From Vicugna vicugna (taxonomy: Eukaryota), in assembly GCA_013265495.1 (NCBI GenBank), contig MU058636.1:9688176-9752175 (forward strand): 64,000 bases of DNA. The letters are read 5' to 3'. A program made the translations under genes and the position numbers. Shown here in pieces: positions 39,341 to 52,189 of this stretch. Within the stretch, counting starts at the first letter, position 1. The number at the start of each line of letters is the position of its first letter. The notes under the pieces are model-generated. The model was not told where the DNA came from, searched no databases, and worked only from the letters and a program-made list of their open reading frames with translations.

Positions 39341-39530
39341 TGTCTTAGTCAGTCAAAGTTACCATAACAAAATGCCATAGACTAGATGACAAACATTAGA
39401 AATTTATTTTCTCACAGTTTCTGGAAGCTGGAAGTCCAAGGTCAAGGTGCCAGCACGGTCAGCTTCTGGTGAGGATTTCCTTCCTGGCTTGTCCACAGTC
39501 CCCTTCTCACTGTGTCCTTAGATGGCAGAA
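39341..39530 (-). mobile_element. MaLR LTR fragment (MLT1A-like)
   Basis: tgtcttagtc...ccataacaaaatgccatagact...tctcacagtttctggaagctggaagtccaaggtcaaggtgccagca. Confidence 0.85.
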
Positions 39531-39539
39531 CTTAAGTTA

Positions 39540-41355
39540 TCATCCTCGACTGAGCTAAAGGCTCAGGGGCTTGCAAATGAGTAAAAGTCTTCCATGCCAG
39601 TTTGCAGAGACTGGAAAAGGTAGCTGTTTTCTAGCCCAATTTTCAACAAAAAATCACAGGTATGAAAAGAAACAGGGAAATATGACCCATTCAAAAGGAC
39701 AAAATAAATATCCAGAAACAATCCCTAAAGAAGCATATGCTTTAGACGTACTTTAATACAACCATCTTAAGTATGCTCAAAGAGCGAAGGGAAATCAGGA
39801 GAATGATGTGTCAATGAAATGCGAACATCTACAAGGAGACAGAAATTATTTAAAAACAACCAAACAAAGCTGAAAGATACAATAACCTGACTGAAAATGT
39901 ACTAGAGAGATTTAAAGACCAACTCAAATGGCGAAAGTGTGAAGATAGGTCATTTGAAATTACTGAGTCTGAAGAGCGAAAACAAAACAAAAAAAGAAAT
40001 TGAACAGCACCTAAGGGACTTACAGGATACCATAAAAAAGATCAATATTTGCATCATGGGAACTCCAGAAGAAGAGAGAAAGAAAAGACAGATTATTTGG
40101 GGAATTAGTGGATGAATACTTCCAAAATTAGAGGAAATACATGGATATACTATTAGAAGAAGCTCACTGAAATCTAAGTTGGATAAATCCAAAGAGACCT
40201 ACTTGCAGACACATTATAGTCAAACTGTCAAAAGCTAAAGACACAGTCTTGAAAGTAGCAAGAGAAAAGTTATATTATGTACAAGGGAGCATTATCAGAT
40301 TTTCTAGTAGATTTTTCAGCAGAAACCTTGAAGGCCAGAGGCAATGAGATAATGTATTTAAAATGCCAACAGAAAAAAAAATTTGTCTAACAAGAATTCT
40401 ATGTATGGCAAACTGTCTTTAAAAAATGAGGGAAAATTAACAGATTCCCAGACAAACAAAAGCTGAGAGAGTTCATTACTGCCAGACCTGCCCAATAGGA
40501 AATGTTAAAAGGAGTCCTTTGAGCTAAAATAGAAGAACAGTAGAAGAAACTTGAAGCCATACAAAAATACTAAGTTTTCCAGTAAAAGTAAATAAATGAA
40601 TAAATATGAAAAACAGTATTATTGTAATTTTGGTTTGTAACTCCACTTTCTTTTAATAGGATTTTAAGACAAATGTGTAATAAGTCATTATAAATCTATG
40701 TCAATGACTACATAATACCATCATAAAGATGTGATTGTGACATCAATGACATAAGGTGATAGTGGAGCTACAAATGGAGCTTTTGTGTGTGACTGAAGTT
40801 AAGTTGGTATCAATTTAAAATAGATTATTATAAATTTAGTTATAGTAAACCTATGGTAACCACAAAGAAAACCTATAGAACATACACAAAAAGTGGAAAC
40901 AACCCAAGTGTCTTTCAGTGGATGAATGGATAAACAAAATGTGGTATATGCATACAATGGAGTATTATTCAGCCTTAAAAAAGGAGGAGATTCTTCCCCA
41001 GGTGACAGCAGGGATGAGTCTTGAAGACATTTTGCTAAGTGAAATAAGCCTGGCACAACAGGGCAAATAGTATATGGGTCCACTTCTGTGTGGTACCCAG
41101 AGGAGTCAAACTCTAAGGGACAGAGAGTAAAATGATGGTTACCTTGATCTGAGGGAAGGGTGAGTAGTGAGTTAGTGTTTAATGGGTAGAGAGTTTCAGT
41201 TGGAGAAGATGAAAAAGGTTTGGAGATGGATGGTTATTGCTGGTTGCATAATAATGTGAATGTACTTAATACTATAGAAATTAAAAATGTACATTTAAAA
41301 ATGGCTAAAATGGTACATTTTCTGGTATGTATGTTTTACTACAAAAATTAATAAT
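39540..41355 (+). mobile_element. L1 (L1MB-like): ORF1 remnant and inter-ORF region joined directly to a complete 3' end; ORF2 absent
   Basis: ORF1 motifs at 39650-40560 (agaaaccttgaaggccagaggcaatg, ttcccagacaaacaaaagctgagagagttcatt). At about 40890 the sequence switches to gtggaaacaacccaagtgtc...gaatggataaacaaaatgtggtatat and ends in gtatgttttactacaaaaattaataa. Confidence 0.85.
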
Positions 41356-44185
41356 GCTAAAATGGAGTCAAATCTAAAGAAAAGTTTTATTAGCTCAGCT
41401 GACCCATCAGTTTCCTTTTTTTCCTGGAAACCTTGCTCCCAGGGGCCTCCTTTCTCTTCTCTAATGCGGGGATGCGTTCCTTTCAGGGACCCAGGGGTTT
41501 CCCTGCCCAGTTCTATTGTTGGAGCCACTGCTTCCTTAGTCTATTTCTTGATTTATTCCTTTGGTTAAGTAGATAATATTCTCTATGAAAGGATGCATGG
41601 ATGCTAAATCTTCTGGGTCCTTGCATGTGCCGGGATGTCTTTTATTGACCTTCGCTGAATTGTGGTTCATTCTGTTTTCCTCAGAATGTCTCCATTTACT
41701 TCTAGCCTCCAAGCCAATGCTTTCTTACTCGTTCCATTGCACCTTCATCCTTACGTCTCACCCTCTCTAGGTGATCTCTGTATTTTAGGTTTTATTGAGT
41801 CTGATTTCTAACTTGAAGATCGTCTCCTGCTACATGTTTCTATAAAAGGAGCAGGACAATTAGTGACCACCGTTCATGGATGTCTCCTCCCCACGTTTAC
41901 CTCCTGGGTTCCATCTTTTGTTCCTTGCTGTGCCCAAGAAATTGTTGGAAATCCAGAGCTATAACCTGACTGCATAAAAGCAGCTTTGTAAATGGTCCAT
42001 AGTCTTTAGCTTTCTGTGATTTTTTGGTTTCATTTCAAAATAGTTTGGGAGTTGGATTCAGTATTTCTGTTCTTAAAATAAAAAATGAAAAAGTATATTC
42101 CCAGAAGAACAAAACAGCAACTAAATAAAAACCCCTGTTTGTTTGAAAACTTAATTTGTTAGCTGTTGTGCTAGCTTTGTATTTTCATTTGTTACTATTA
42201 ACCAAAAACCAGTTTTCACAGAGACTAGATCCTCCCGCCTCAGACAGCATGACACTGAGGGCTAAGAAAACATATTTCAGATTTCACTTCACATTTTTTT
42301 TGTTTTGTTTACTTTGTGCCTTTGTATGTGTTCCCATCTAAGTGTTTTCAGTTTTTAAATAAATATTTAAGACCCAGATCTATATTTGGATGCACGCATC
42401 GTCAACATCACCTTCGGTTAAATCTTCCGCATTTTGCAGCAAATGGCAGAAACTGACCTTGATATTTTCCAGGAGGACAAATTTATAAATATGAAAACAG
42501 GAAAGAAAATCCTGCACCAAGATAGCAAATGACTCAGTACAGCTTCTGTAGTGAAATGAAGATAATCCACAAGGCCGGCCCGGTTATGTGGTGTACCACC
42601 ACAAAAAGCACAGGTGACTCGAGCCTGGGCCTTCTTCTTGATACTGATAATTTTGTATCGAAGCCCTCGTGTGTTTTACCTTCAGGGGGCTTTGTCCATA
42701 AAAGCTAACTGTTCCGGAGAGACCTCTCGGGGTAAATCTGTCATTTGAAATCCTACGTTTACTTTGTTACAGATGCTTCATGTGAAAATCAGCCTTTTTT
42801 TTTTTTTAATGTAAAGAAGGTTAGAGAAAACATTGATGAAGAAAATCTATAAATAACTTTTTTAAAAAATGGCCAATTTGGAGCCTCCCTGATTCAGTAA
42901 ATCTTTTTAAGTGAGCAGCTAGCCATTGGATTAGTGGGTTAGTTGAAGTTCCACCAAACTTTAATTTTTTCTAACTTCTCCTTTGACAAGGATAGAAAGG
43001 CTATACGGTTAAGCAAAGGAGGAAGCAGGAAGTGGGAGGAAGTACCAGGTAGCACGTGAGGAGAGACATAGGTGTGTGGTCTAGGCATCGTGGATGTTCC
43101 CCAGGAGGGTGCACTGCTAAGACAGGTCCTTTAAAATGGGCCTATTGCATGAAGGGAAGATCATGAACCACAAGCCCAGCGTGGGGTGGGGAGCCCCCAG
43201 TGAATAGGGGGGGCTGTATGAATGAATGAATAGGGGGCTGTAGGTCCACTGTCACGTTTAGTCCTTCCAAATAACTGCCTGTCTGAGGCCAGGAACTCCA
43301 TCTCTCAGTGACGTTAGAGAATTTAATCCACGTCACTTCAACACCCATGTTCTTCATACTAAACCATGTCCCCCGGCCCAAGTGATAGAGTCTAACAAGT
43401 TTCTGAGGCCAAGGGTTTCTGACTTCCCACCGGAAGCCCTCTGAGCCTTCTACTCCTCTGTTTCTTACGCAGCACCCAGGAGTCACCACTGAGCAAGGGC
43501 GTCTTGTGCCTTGTGCTCCTGGAGAAGGTAAGCTGCCAGTGACCACGTCTGGGGAGGACCCTCAGGCCCTGCTGGCCTTGATCCGTGCCAGGAGAGAGCC
43601 GCCCCCCCAGCGCACTTCAGATATGTGTCATCCCCGTCGTGCTCCCACCGCCACTCCGGGGCTCATAAGGTAGTTGGATGAGAGTCCTCAAAATTGGGGT
43701 GGGACGTGCCCTTTCCATGAAAGTGGAAATGCTGATTCTGTGAAATGAAGGGTGACCAGCAAAGAACATTTCAAGGATGGCCATGAGATGCAGTTGGCAC
43801 GCGTTCGTAGTCTTCCAAGGATCCCAATTTGAGTGTCACCTGGTGGGGGTGCACGGCTCCTCGGCCTTTCCAAAGCTCGCTCTTGTGTATTTACTTAGCC
43901 TGTTTTACAGGGCAGGAAACTGAGACTCAAAGAAGCGGCTTATCCCAAGAAAGGGAGGGGTGGAAGCTGAAGTAAAATACAGATACTTTGAAATCTGTTT
44001 TAGAAAACGTTCCCCTCTGACATTGTGGCCTTATCTTTACTATCAGGTCCTGCTGGACACACTCCCTTCTCACAGCTGTTCCTTGTCACCATCTGTATTT
44101 TCTCCTTTTCTTTAGGGCGGAGGTACCTCATTGATTATTCATATGATTAAGGAAGACTTAGAGATTTGAGAATTGATAACTTATG

Positions 44186-44399
44186 CAGGTGACTCTCGAA
44201 CAACGCGGGGACTGGGGCACCAGCACTGCGTGCAGTCGAAAGTCCATGTACAGCTTCCAGTCGGCCCTCCAGATGCAGGTTCCACACCCTTGGACCCAGC
44301 CGACTGCGGATCGCGCGGTAGTGTGGTGCTCACTGCTGAAGGACATCCTCGTGCAAGTGGACCGTGCCGTTCAAACCCGTGTTGTTCAAGAGTCAACTG
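44186..44399. mobile_element. Tigger2-family MITE (TcMar-Tigger), complete
   Basis: TIRs are caggtgactctcgaacaacgcggg (left) and cagttgactcttgaacaacacggg (right, reverse complement). Flanks are TG and TA, consistent with a TA target duplication. Confidence 0.9.
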
Positions 44400-45668
44400 T
44401 ACCTCCTTCTTTGGGGTCTAGGATGACAGAAAAAGAAAAAAAAAAACTCTAAAGAACACTACTTTGGTATGAAATTATGTCGTGTGCACTGAAAAGAGAC
44501 TGATTCCTTCTCAGAGCTGTGGTGAGTCCAGGTCTGGAATCAGTGGTCCAGCTTCAGACAAGCCTCAGACCACTTACTAGGGGCTCATTTTCATCATGCC
44601 CATTACTGCACATTGTGCAGTTACTCCTGGTAAGAATCTGAGTATCAATAACTGAAAAGCTTCAAGAGGAATATATATATATGTGTGTATAGGTATATAT
44701 ACACGTGTGTGTATATATATTCACCCCGTATGAACTTTCATTTATATACAAGAAAAATACAATGGCTCTAATAGAATAATAAAACTCTAAATTAATTTTT
44801 TTTTTACTGTGTTGGACAGTTGCTTGCTTCTTATTGCGCTTCTCCGGCTGACTTCTTTTACACTGTAGAGCGCCATTGCTGTGCTTCCCTGCTCAGCATA
44901 GTAATTCCTGTCTGTATGAACTTGCCCTGATTGCCACCTGCAAGCCTCTGTGATTTCAATTGTGTGAGGAGCATGGTGCCGCTCAGATAATGTTCAAAAA
45001 TGCAAATATTCACAGTAGGAATGTCCACAAAAGCCTTTTTCCCACATTATATTGGAGGAAAAAAAAAAAAGAGAGTAAAGCAGTAGTGTGATCGTAGTTA
45101 ATTGGTGTAAAGGACCAAAACACTGTGGGAGTGATGGTTCAACGTTAAAATGAGGGAGAGGGCGTTCTTATTGAAAATTTTTACACATCAGTGGTATAAA
45201 CTTGACTGCCTCTAACTCTGATTTTCGTGTAAGATCAAACCAACAAAGGACTTTCTGTCAGATCTTCAAATTCTACTTGGAACGTTGAACTCCCTGATGT
45301 TCATGATTAGAGTGACACTTGACACTCTTTGAGCCAAGCTATTTTGAAGTGTCTGCACAGGTTGTTGCTTCCTCAGGACTCCTGATTTCTATGTATCAAG
45401 TCAAACTTCCAGCTGTTTAAATCATAGGTAGGGGGCAGAATTAGTCCAGTTACTTGGGGAGATGGTGCCTCGAGAAACTGGAATAGTTAAGAAGGCAAAG
45501 AGTGTAGGAGAGAGGACTAGGAAGACTGGACTCTTGACGTCTGTCTCCAGGAGACCAGCCCTGAGCAGGTGACTCGTCTGGAGTTGAAATGACCCATTTT
45601 AAGGATTGTGAGACAATTCCTAATGAGTCAGTTCCTACTCTTTTTGTTGTTTGTCTAAAGAAGATAGA

Positions 45669-45894
45669 GGAGGATTTCCCGATGTTAGCACGATTGACAT
45701 TTGGTACCAGATCATGTTTAGTCCTGGGGAGCTGTCCTGTGCATTAAATAATTTTTTGCAGTGTGCCTGGCCACTACCCACTAGATGCCAGTAGCACCCC
45801 CGCAAGTTGTGCCCATCAAAAAAGTCTCCAGACGTTGCCAACGTGTGTTGGGGTCAGAGTACAGAGCAAAATTGCTCCTGGTGGAGAACCACTG
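45669..45894 (-). mobile_element. MER20 (hAT-Charlie) MITE
   Basis: ttgacatttgg...gctgtcctgtgcatt...cctggccactacccactagatgccagtagcaccc...gtctccagacgttgcca...gagaaccactg is the antisense of MER20. Confidence 0.9.
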
Positions 45895-46788
45895 GAATAG
45901 AATGCTGTTTGATGCACTTATCCATTAAGACAAATGCTTCTAAATTCTTGGCTCCCAAACATTGTTTCCTCTTGGCTTAAAAGGGAAACTGTTAAAACTT
46001 CACAGCGGTATGTATCATATGCTTTTTTTTAATGTTGAAGGTTTTGGAGACAACTCACTTTTTTAAAGGACCTGTTTGCGGGTAGTTGGAGGACTCTCGT
46101 TCCTTCTATTTTTCTCTTGCCCTTCTCCTCCCTACTCCAGCTCTTCGAGAATCTTCATAGAGAGTAAAAGGCATGCAGGTGGCCGTTGCCTCTGTAAGGG
46201 TGAAGGTGTGATACTGCGTGCGGGGGAGACTGCTAGATACAAGATAAAACAGAGAAAGCAGGATGAGGAGGGGTGATGCTAGGTGAAGCTCTAACTCGGG
46301 AAAGGAAGGAGGTTGGCGGTACATAATATTAGACATGTTGGACAAAGGTGATGGTGTTCTCTTTCTATCTGTCCTGGAGACGAGTGCACTGAAGGACTTA
46401 GACACGTAGTCTAGACTTTGGACTCCTGAGCAGACCTCGCCAGTGTTAGAGAGATGGAGCTGTGGACAGGACTCCCGTCAGCAGTGTGGCTCTGGAGGAG
46501 GGAAGAGTCTCAAGTCTCATAAGACGACTCCTAGTGAGGATAAGGGAGGAGTGACCCACGGAGCCAATGTGAGGTCACTGAAGAAGCGGAACCCAGCCTT
46601 GCTGGGGCAGGGTAGTAGGGGAGACCCCTGGGACCCAATCCAGGGCTTTTCCCCCATCGCTCAGCTGCCTTGTCTCTTCAGTGGGGTCTTTCACTGGTAA
46701 AGCAAGAAGAAAATAGCAGAAAACTAGATGAGAAAAGGGGAAATGTGCACACAACGTTAATGTTTTCTCCCTCCCCCCTCTCTTTTTC

Positions 46789-46794
<6 letters not shown>

Positions 46795-46820
<26 letters not shown>
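46795..46820. repeat. (TG)13 microsatellite within TA-rich flanks
   Basis: Direct reading. Confidence 0.95.
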
Positions 46821-46826
<6 letters not shown>

Positions 46827-47266
46827 CATATATATGTGTTTTACTATATATGTATTTTAAATGACATTTGGAAAGCAATATTTTTCATGTGAAACTTGAT
46901 CAATTTATGCCTCACTTTTAATTAGTTTCAAGCTGTTGATGACTATATATATATATACACACACACATATATGTATTTCATTTCAAGCTGTTGATTTATG
47001 TAGGTAAATATGGACATGCTTTGTATTTTGGAGGTGAGCGGTGTAGTTATCTGGGCAATAAACACCATAAAAGTTTAATGTGGGCCTTTACGTTAAGTTA
47101 CCCATTAAGATGAAAGACAATTCAGTAAATAAGCCACAGGGTCAATTAAGATAGGAAAGTGTTGCCTCTGCATTTAAAGTGTCTTGAATGTGAACAGCCT
47201 ACAACTGCAAAAGAACTTTTTTGAGATATTTACCAGAAATTATATCTTCTTCACTAGCATCCACCT

Positions 47267-47272
<6 letters not shown>

Positions 47273-47300
<28 letters not shown>
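47273..47300. repeat. (CA)14 microsatellite
   Basis: Direct reading. Confidence 0.95.
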
Positions 47301-47303
<3 letters not shown>

Positions 47304-49704
47304 CACACACGCACGTGCACAGAGCATCTGTGCACCCAGCATCTCCCTGAGCCTCCACTGCAACCTCACGCTCTCATAATTGAAGTTCACTGTGTGAAAA
47401 GGCAAAAACGATGAAGATTTCCACTTCTGTTGGTCTCCCTAAGAGATGGGCTATTTCTTTAGAGAACAAAATCTCCAAGACAGCCTGTCTCTTAACCCAG
47501 CTCCATCCTGCTTTGAGGATGGGGGCTGGGCCGGGACGTGGCACCGTGGGAATTTGTTTTGATTCACTAGGTCCCCAGGTGGAAAGCCTGGGTGCCCCTG
47601 AGGGGGACAGTGGACCAGGTGGCCCAGATGCCTCTGGAATCCTGGGGGGACAATGGCAAATGAGCACCGTGCGTCGTGTCTGCGTGCCAACAACTAAAGC
47701 CCGGACATCTAACACAATGTACTAGGGCCAAACAAAAGCCAGCAGTAAAGCCGATCCTTTGGAAGAGGAGGGGTGGAAGGAAAAGGGATTTGGAGAAAAG
47801 CTGTGGGCACTGAAACTTTAAGACTCGCAGCCAAAGACAAATTCAAGTCACATTCCTCCAAAGATATTCTTCGTCAGCCCGGTGGAAGCCACAACTGGTA
47901 GAAATTTGCAAAAGCCTGGGACGGAGGTGGGTTAACCAGATTTAGGTGGGAAAAAAATTAAGCGAGGAATGTCTTAGAAAACAAACTTTCGATCCTAGTT
48001 TCCTCCCTCTTCTCTTTTTCCCTTTGCTTTTGTGTCTTAGTGGGAGGGAAAAAAAGACATCCATTCTATTATTCCTTAATTTCCATCTTGCAGCTCATTA
48101 TCTCAATCAGCTCGTCACAGCTGAGTGCACTGATTTCTGAGGAAAATTCCAGCAGGTTCTTGTAGCTGTTGATGAGCTGTGCTAATCGCCACAGTTAAAA
48201 CTTTCTGTCGTGACCTGAAAGGGATGGTAAGCGTCTGATTGGCAGGAAGGTTAAATAAAGAAATAGCAGGCAGAAGGGAACATGTTGTTTTTTGGCTCTT
48301 GGGGATCTGGGATGGGAGGAAGGAGGTCGGGGATCCTGAAACAGTAACCACCCAAGACCAATTAAAGAACAATTTTATCTGGACCCAAATGGGGTCCCAG
48401 CATAACAGTGTACAATGAAGGAGAGGTCTGGTGCCCAGGGCTTTGGAATAGAGCATCTTCTCATGTAGAAATTGGAAGAAATTGGTCCTCAAAGGGACTA
48501 CTAGTCACTGGGACTCGATGGAGAACTTGGGGGGCGGCTGGACTCCCTTGTGTGAGAAGCAACGGCTGGGAGTTTGAATCATTGCTTACCTCTCTGGTTT
48601 GGTCTCTACCCACAGTCTCTCCCTGCTTTCAGCCTCCCCATCTGTGGAATGAAGGAAATAGAAACTAATTTACCTCCTAGGGTGTCTTCATAGTATAATA
48701 TATAAAAAAGGTTTGGAAGAGACAAATGGAGCAATCTGAGGCCATTCTGGGCCAGAGGTACCATCACTTAGGTAGAGAATTAAAGTCCATGAGGCTTGAA
48801 ATGAAAGAATGCAAAACCCAAACCTATCGTGTCTTACCCTGAAAGAAAGGAGAAAAAAAGAGAAATTTATGTGAGTCTGTAAACAGGAATGCGACATAAT
48901 CAAAAAGAAGGGAAAGAAGCAAAAAAGATGAAGGAAGTGGATATATATGGGATTCCATTTTTAAGAATTCAGGTAAATTCAATTATGCAAATTCAGCTTA
49001 ACCCCCCCCAAAACCTAGTTAATTAAGAGTTAAAAAAAAGCCAACCTGAACTAAAACAAACAAAAGCCTCTTTCCTCCCCAACCAAATAGATTGTTTGAA
49101 TTAACACAGACAGTTAAGCCAAAATGGTTATCTGGTTGCTTCTTGCAAACACAGTCTTAATGAGCAGTTTTTAACTTGGTCCTAGAATGCACAGGATGGG
49201 ATTCTGGGGAGGACCGAGTGAAACACAAGGAGTCACGGATCAGAACCGTCCAGTTTGTCTGGAAAGCAGAACAAGGCAGATCTTTGCTCCCTGACGCGGA
49301 AGCCACGGGCATAGGAGCTTGATGGTTGTATTTGGGGAACGTGGGCAGGGTGGGAGGGGGCAGAGGCCTCCCTCGCCCTTTCCTTCTCTCTCAGGTGGAG
49401 TCGGCTGTGGACTGTGCCGAGGGTGGGGTTAGAGGGACTGTTCCTTGTGCCCTAAATGAAGCCAGGGGACCGATACTGCCTTCCTCTGCCCGTGATAGTA
49501 CCTGCGCTCCCAATGCTGAGATCGGGCACAGGCGAGCAAAGCATAATGAAGTACTGATTTAGAAACCGACCCAGATCAAACCTTCTTTTCAAGGCAATGC
49601 AAATAAAAAACAATAAGCTTTCAGAACGGAGGCTGACGATTGACGCCCGCATTCTTTTCATTTTGGCATAGGATTAGATAGCCAAGGTGAAGGCAGATGA
49701 AATC

Positions 49705-49825
49705 TGAGTCACCAGCATCCTGGTCGAATATCAGGAAATGCCTTCCCTGCCACAGTCACCTTCCATGGAATTTCAAAACTGTGGTGCTTCTTGGTCACAG
49801 TTGAAGTGTTTGTGGCTTCCAGGAA
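49705..49825. promoter_or_regulatory. Candidate lymphocyte-type enhancer core (AP-1, ETS, RUNX and STAT motifs)
   Basis: TGAGTCA 49705-49711, CAGGAAAT 49732-49739, TTCCATGGAA 49761-49770, TGTGGT 49780-49785 and TTCCAGGAA 49817-49825, in repeat-poor DNA. Motif evidence only. Confidence 0.4.
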
Positions 49826-52189
49826 GGCATCAGGCTTTTTGAACTACGCATGCATTGGATATTGAATATTTTTCTTTGAAACTCAAGAGGAAAGACACAG
49901 AGAAAAGTAAAATAGGTGCCTTCCTCCCCTACACTTCCTGCCACTGTGTCTCTACTAGCTGATAACCCCACATCCCGAAGGACGTGCAGCAGGTGGACAC
50001 GTCCCTTGAAGACGGGGAATCCGCCCGCCTCTTGGTGCTCGCAACACATTTTCCTTCTTTGAGCCCTTTCCCCCAAAGCAGAAAACTTTCCCCACCAAAA
50101 GAAGAAAAGGCTTTGGATTAGGAGAATGGGAAATGGAGAAGGTCTCGATCTGATTGCAATCTTATCTCGGGCAAAACAGAAAGGACGGAGCCCTGTCCCA
50201 GCCACTGGCCATGCTCGCTGTTGATTCCCCTCAAGGAATGCATCACCCTTAAATTTGAACCGCAGGCACTGGGCCCTGGAAAAGTGGGTTTTGGACACGT
50301 CTCAGGGCCTGTCATCACGGGCTCATATCTTCCATGACATATGGACATTTTAAGATCTGCAAACAAATATACTAGGCAATAAAAGGGCTGTCTGTGAGCT
50401 CAGAGTGGCAAATGGAAAATTCTGGGGGATTTTCAAAGTTCTCACATTAAAGGAGATGGGGACACACATCATTTCTTTTTAGTAGGAGCCAACACCAATT
50501 TCCGAGGAAAATGGCGTGAACCTCCTAACTCCTTTTATGCTCTCGCCACCCTCACCCGCCCTTCTCTTTTTCTGTGAAATGTAAGTGAATACAGCTTTCC
50601 CTGGAAGCAAGCCCTAAGGCTGAATTCTATGCTGCTTATTTGAAACGATTTAAAACAAATATTTTTGTGAGCCTTGGATCCTCAGATTGGGAAGGACTGT
50701 TTATAAACAGATACTGAGACGGCTGATGACATCGTTGGCTTGAAAAATGTAAGCCTTTCTTCAATCCGGCCCCTGAAATAGTATTTGTAAATGATGAATT
50801 CGTGTATAAAGGAACAATTTCCTGTAAATCAATGTACCTTACTTTAGATTTCAGTTTAACACACACACAAAAACAAAACAAAAACAAAAAAACCCCTGTC
50901 CTTGGAAAACAAATGGCATATAAACTGTTCTTAATCTTCGTAGGAAAAAGCCATATGTTATTTGGAGTGACTTAGCTGGACTTTCAATCCCTTCTCATTG
51001 GAAACCTGTATTTCTCAACAATGTTCCAATTAAGCTAACATAGCAGAGTGACTCTGGGATACCTGTGCTGATGGCAGATGAACACAGGCTGGTCCTTTGG
51101 GCTCGCTCACGTACGGTGCTCCCTAATAAGCGAAGAACGACAGATGCTTTTAATGATCCCACTGCCATGAAATGGCTTTTGGTTTTTCCAGTTTGGGACC
51201 TTCTCAGAGCTATTTCAGTTATTAAAGAGAAGAAAAATAAACAAAGGCTGCTCGCCATGACTGATGACAGACATGGCGGAGCCAGGACACAGGAGGGAAA
51301 GCCCTTTTTCAGTTTCAGCCACACAGTCTGAGGCAACGGAGTTAAAACTAGACGTACTTTTGAGGCGTGTTGGAATAGCAGGTTGCCTCTCGGAGAGGGC
51401 TTTTGTAAAAGTGGTGTATGGCTCTGCTCGTCTTTTAAAAGAGGACATGGGCAAAAACATTCTCTTCTCTAATGGGTACTTTTCCTGCAGAAATCAAATT
51501 CCTCACTCCATAAAACTCAGGCATTAGGGAGGTACCTTGTTGTTTCCCGCATCCCGGGGATTTTTGTACCAATCGGGAGGAGCCTGAATGCACCCCAGAG
51601 AGCATTCTGACTTCAGAGCACACAGTTTCGTCCTAGGAGCACCGTCGTTTGCAGAGTTCCCAGGGGCCTGGAGAGCTGCAGGGATCCTGGAAAAAGGAGA
51701 GGGAGGGCCCAAACTACCAAGCAGAGTGCTGCCTTCCATTTGTTAGGAAGAAACAGAGCAAGGTGAGCAATGAAATTCAGGTTGCTGCTCTTGACCTGCA
51801 TGCTTCCATCTTCCAGAAGCACTGGCTCTGGGGTCATTTCCTGGGAATGTTTGATACTAAGAAACACCTTTCTCCTGTAATGTAAATAGGATGACGACCT
51901 AGACTAGGTTTTGACACTGGTTTCTTTAATATCACATCCTAGCCAGAAGGTCCTGTTCCATGACCACTTATGTGACGTTTGGCAAGTACTTTTATTAAGT
52001 CCTCATTTTTGCCTCCAACAAAGTGATGACAATATTTTCTGCCCCAAATAACCTGAAGAAAGTCTTGTTAAAATAAGTGTGAACATTTATATAAATTACT
52101 TCTCCTTGCATCAAAATAAATAAACACAAGAAACTTTATAGGATTTTTTTTTTCAGCAACATGAATCCCAAGACAAGCATAATTGTAGC

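Noticed and set aside
43201..43242. Short direct repeat tgaatagggggctgta (also a ~20-bp repeat near 32770-32807)
   Set aside because: Ordinary slippage-scale duplications with no further structure.
44670..44722. Imperfect palindrome (possible miRNA hairpin)
   Set aside because: It is made of self-complementary (TA)/(TG)/(CA) dinucleotide runs.
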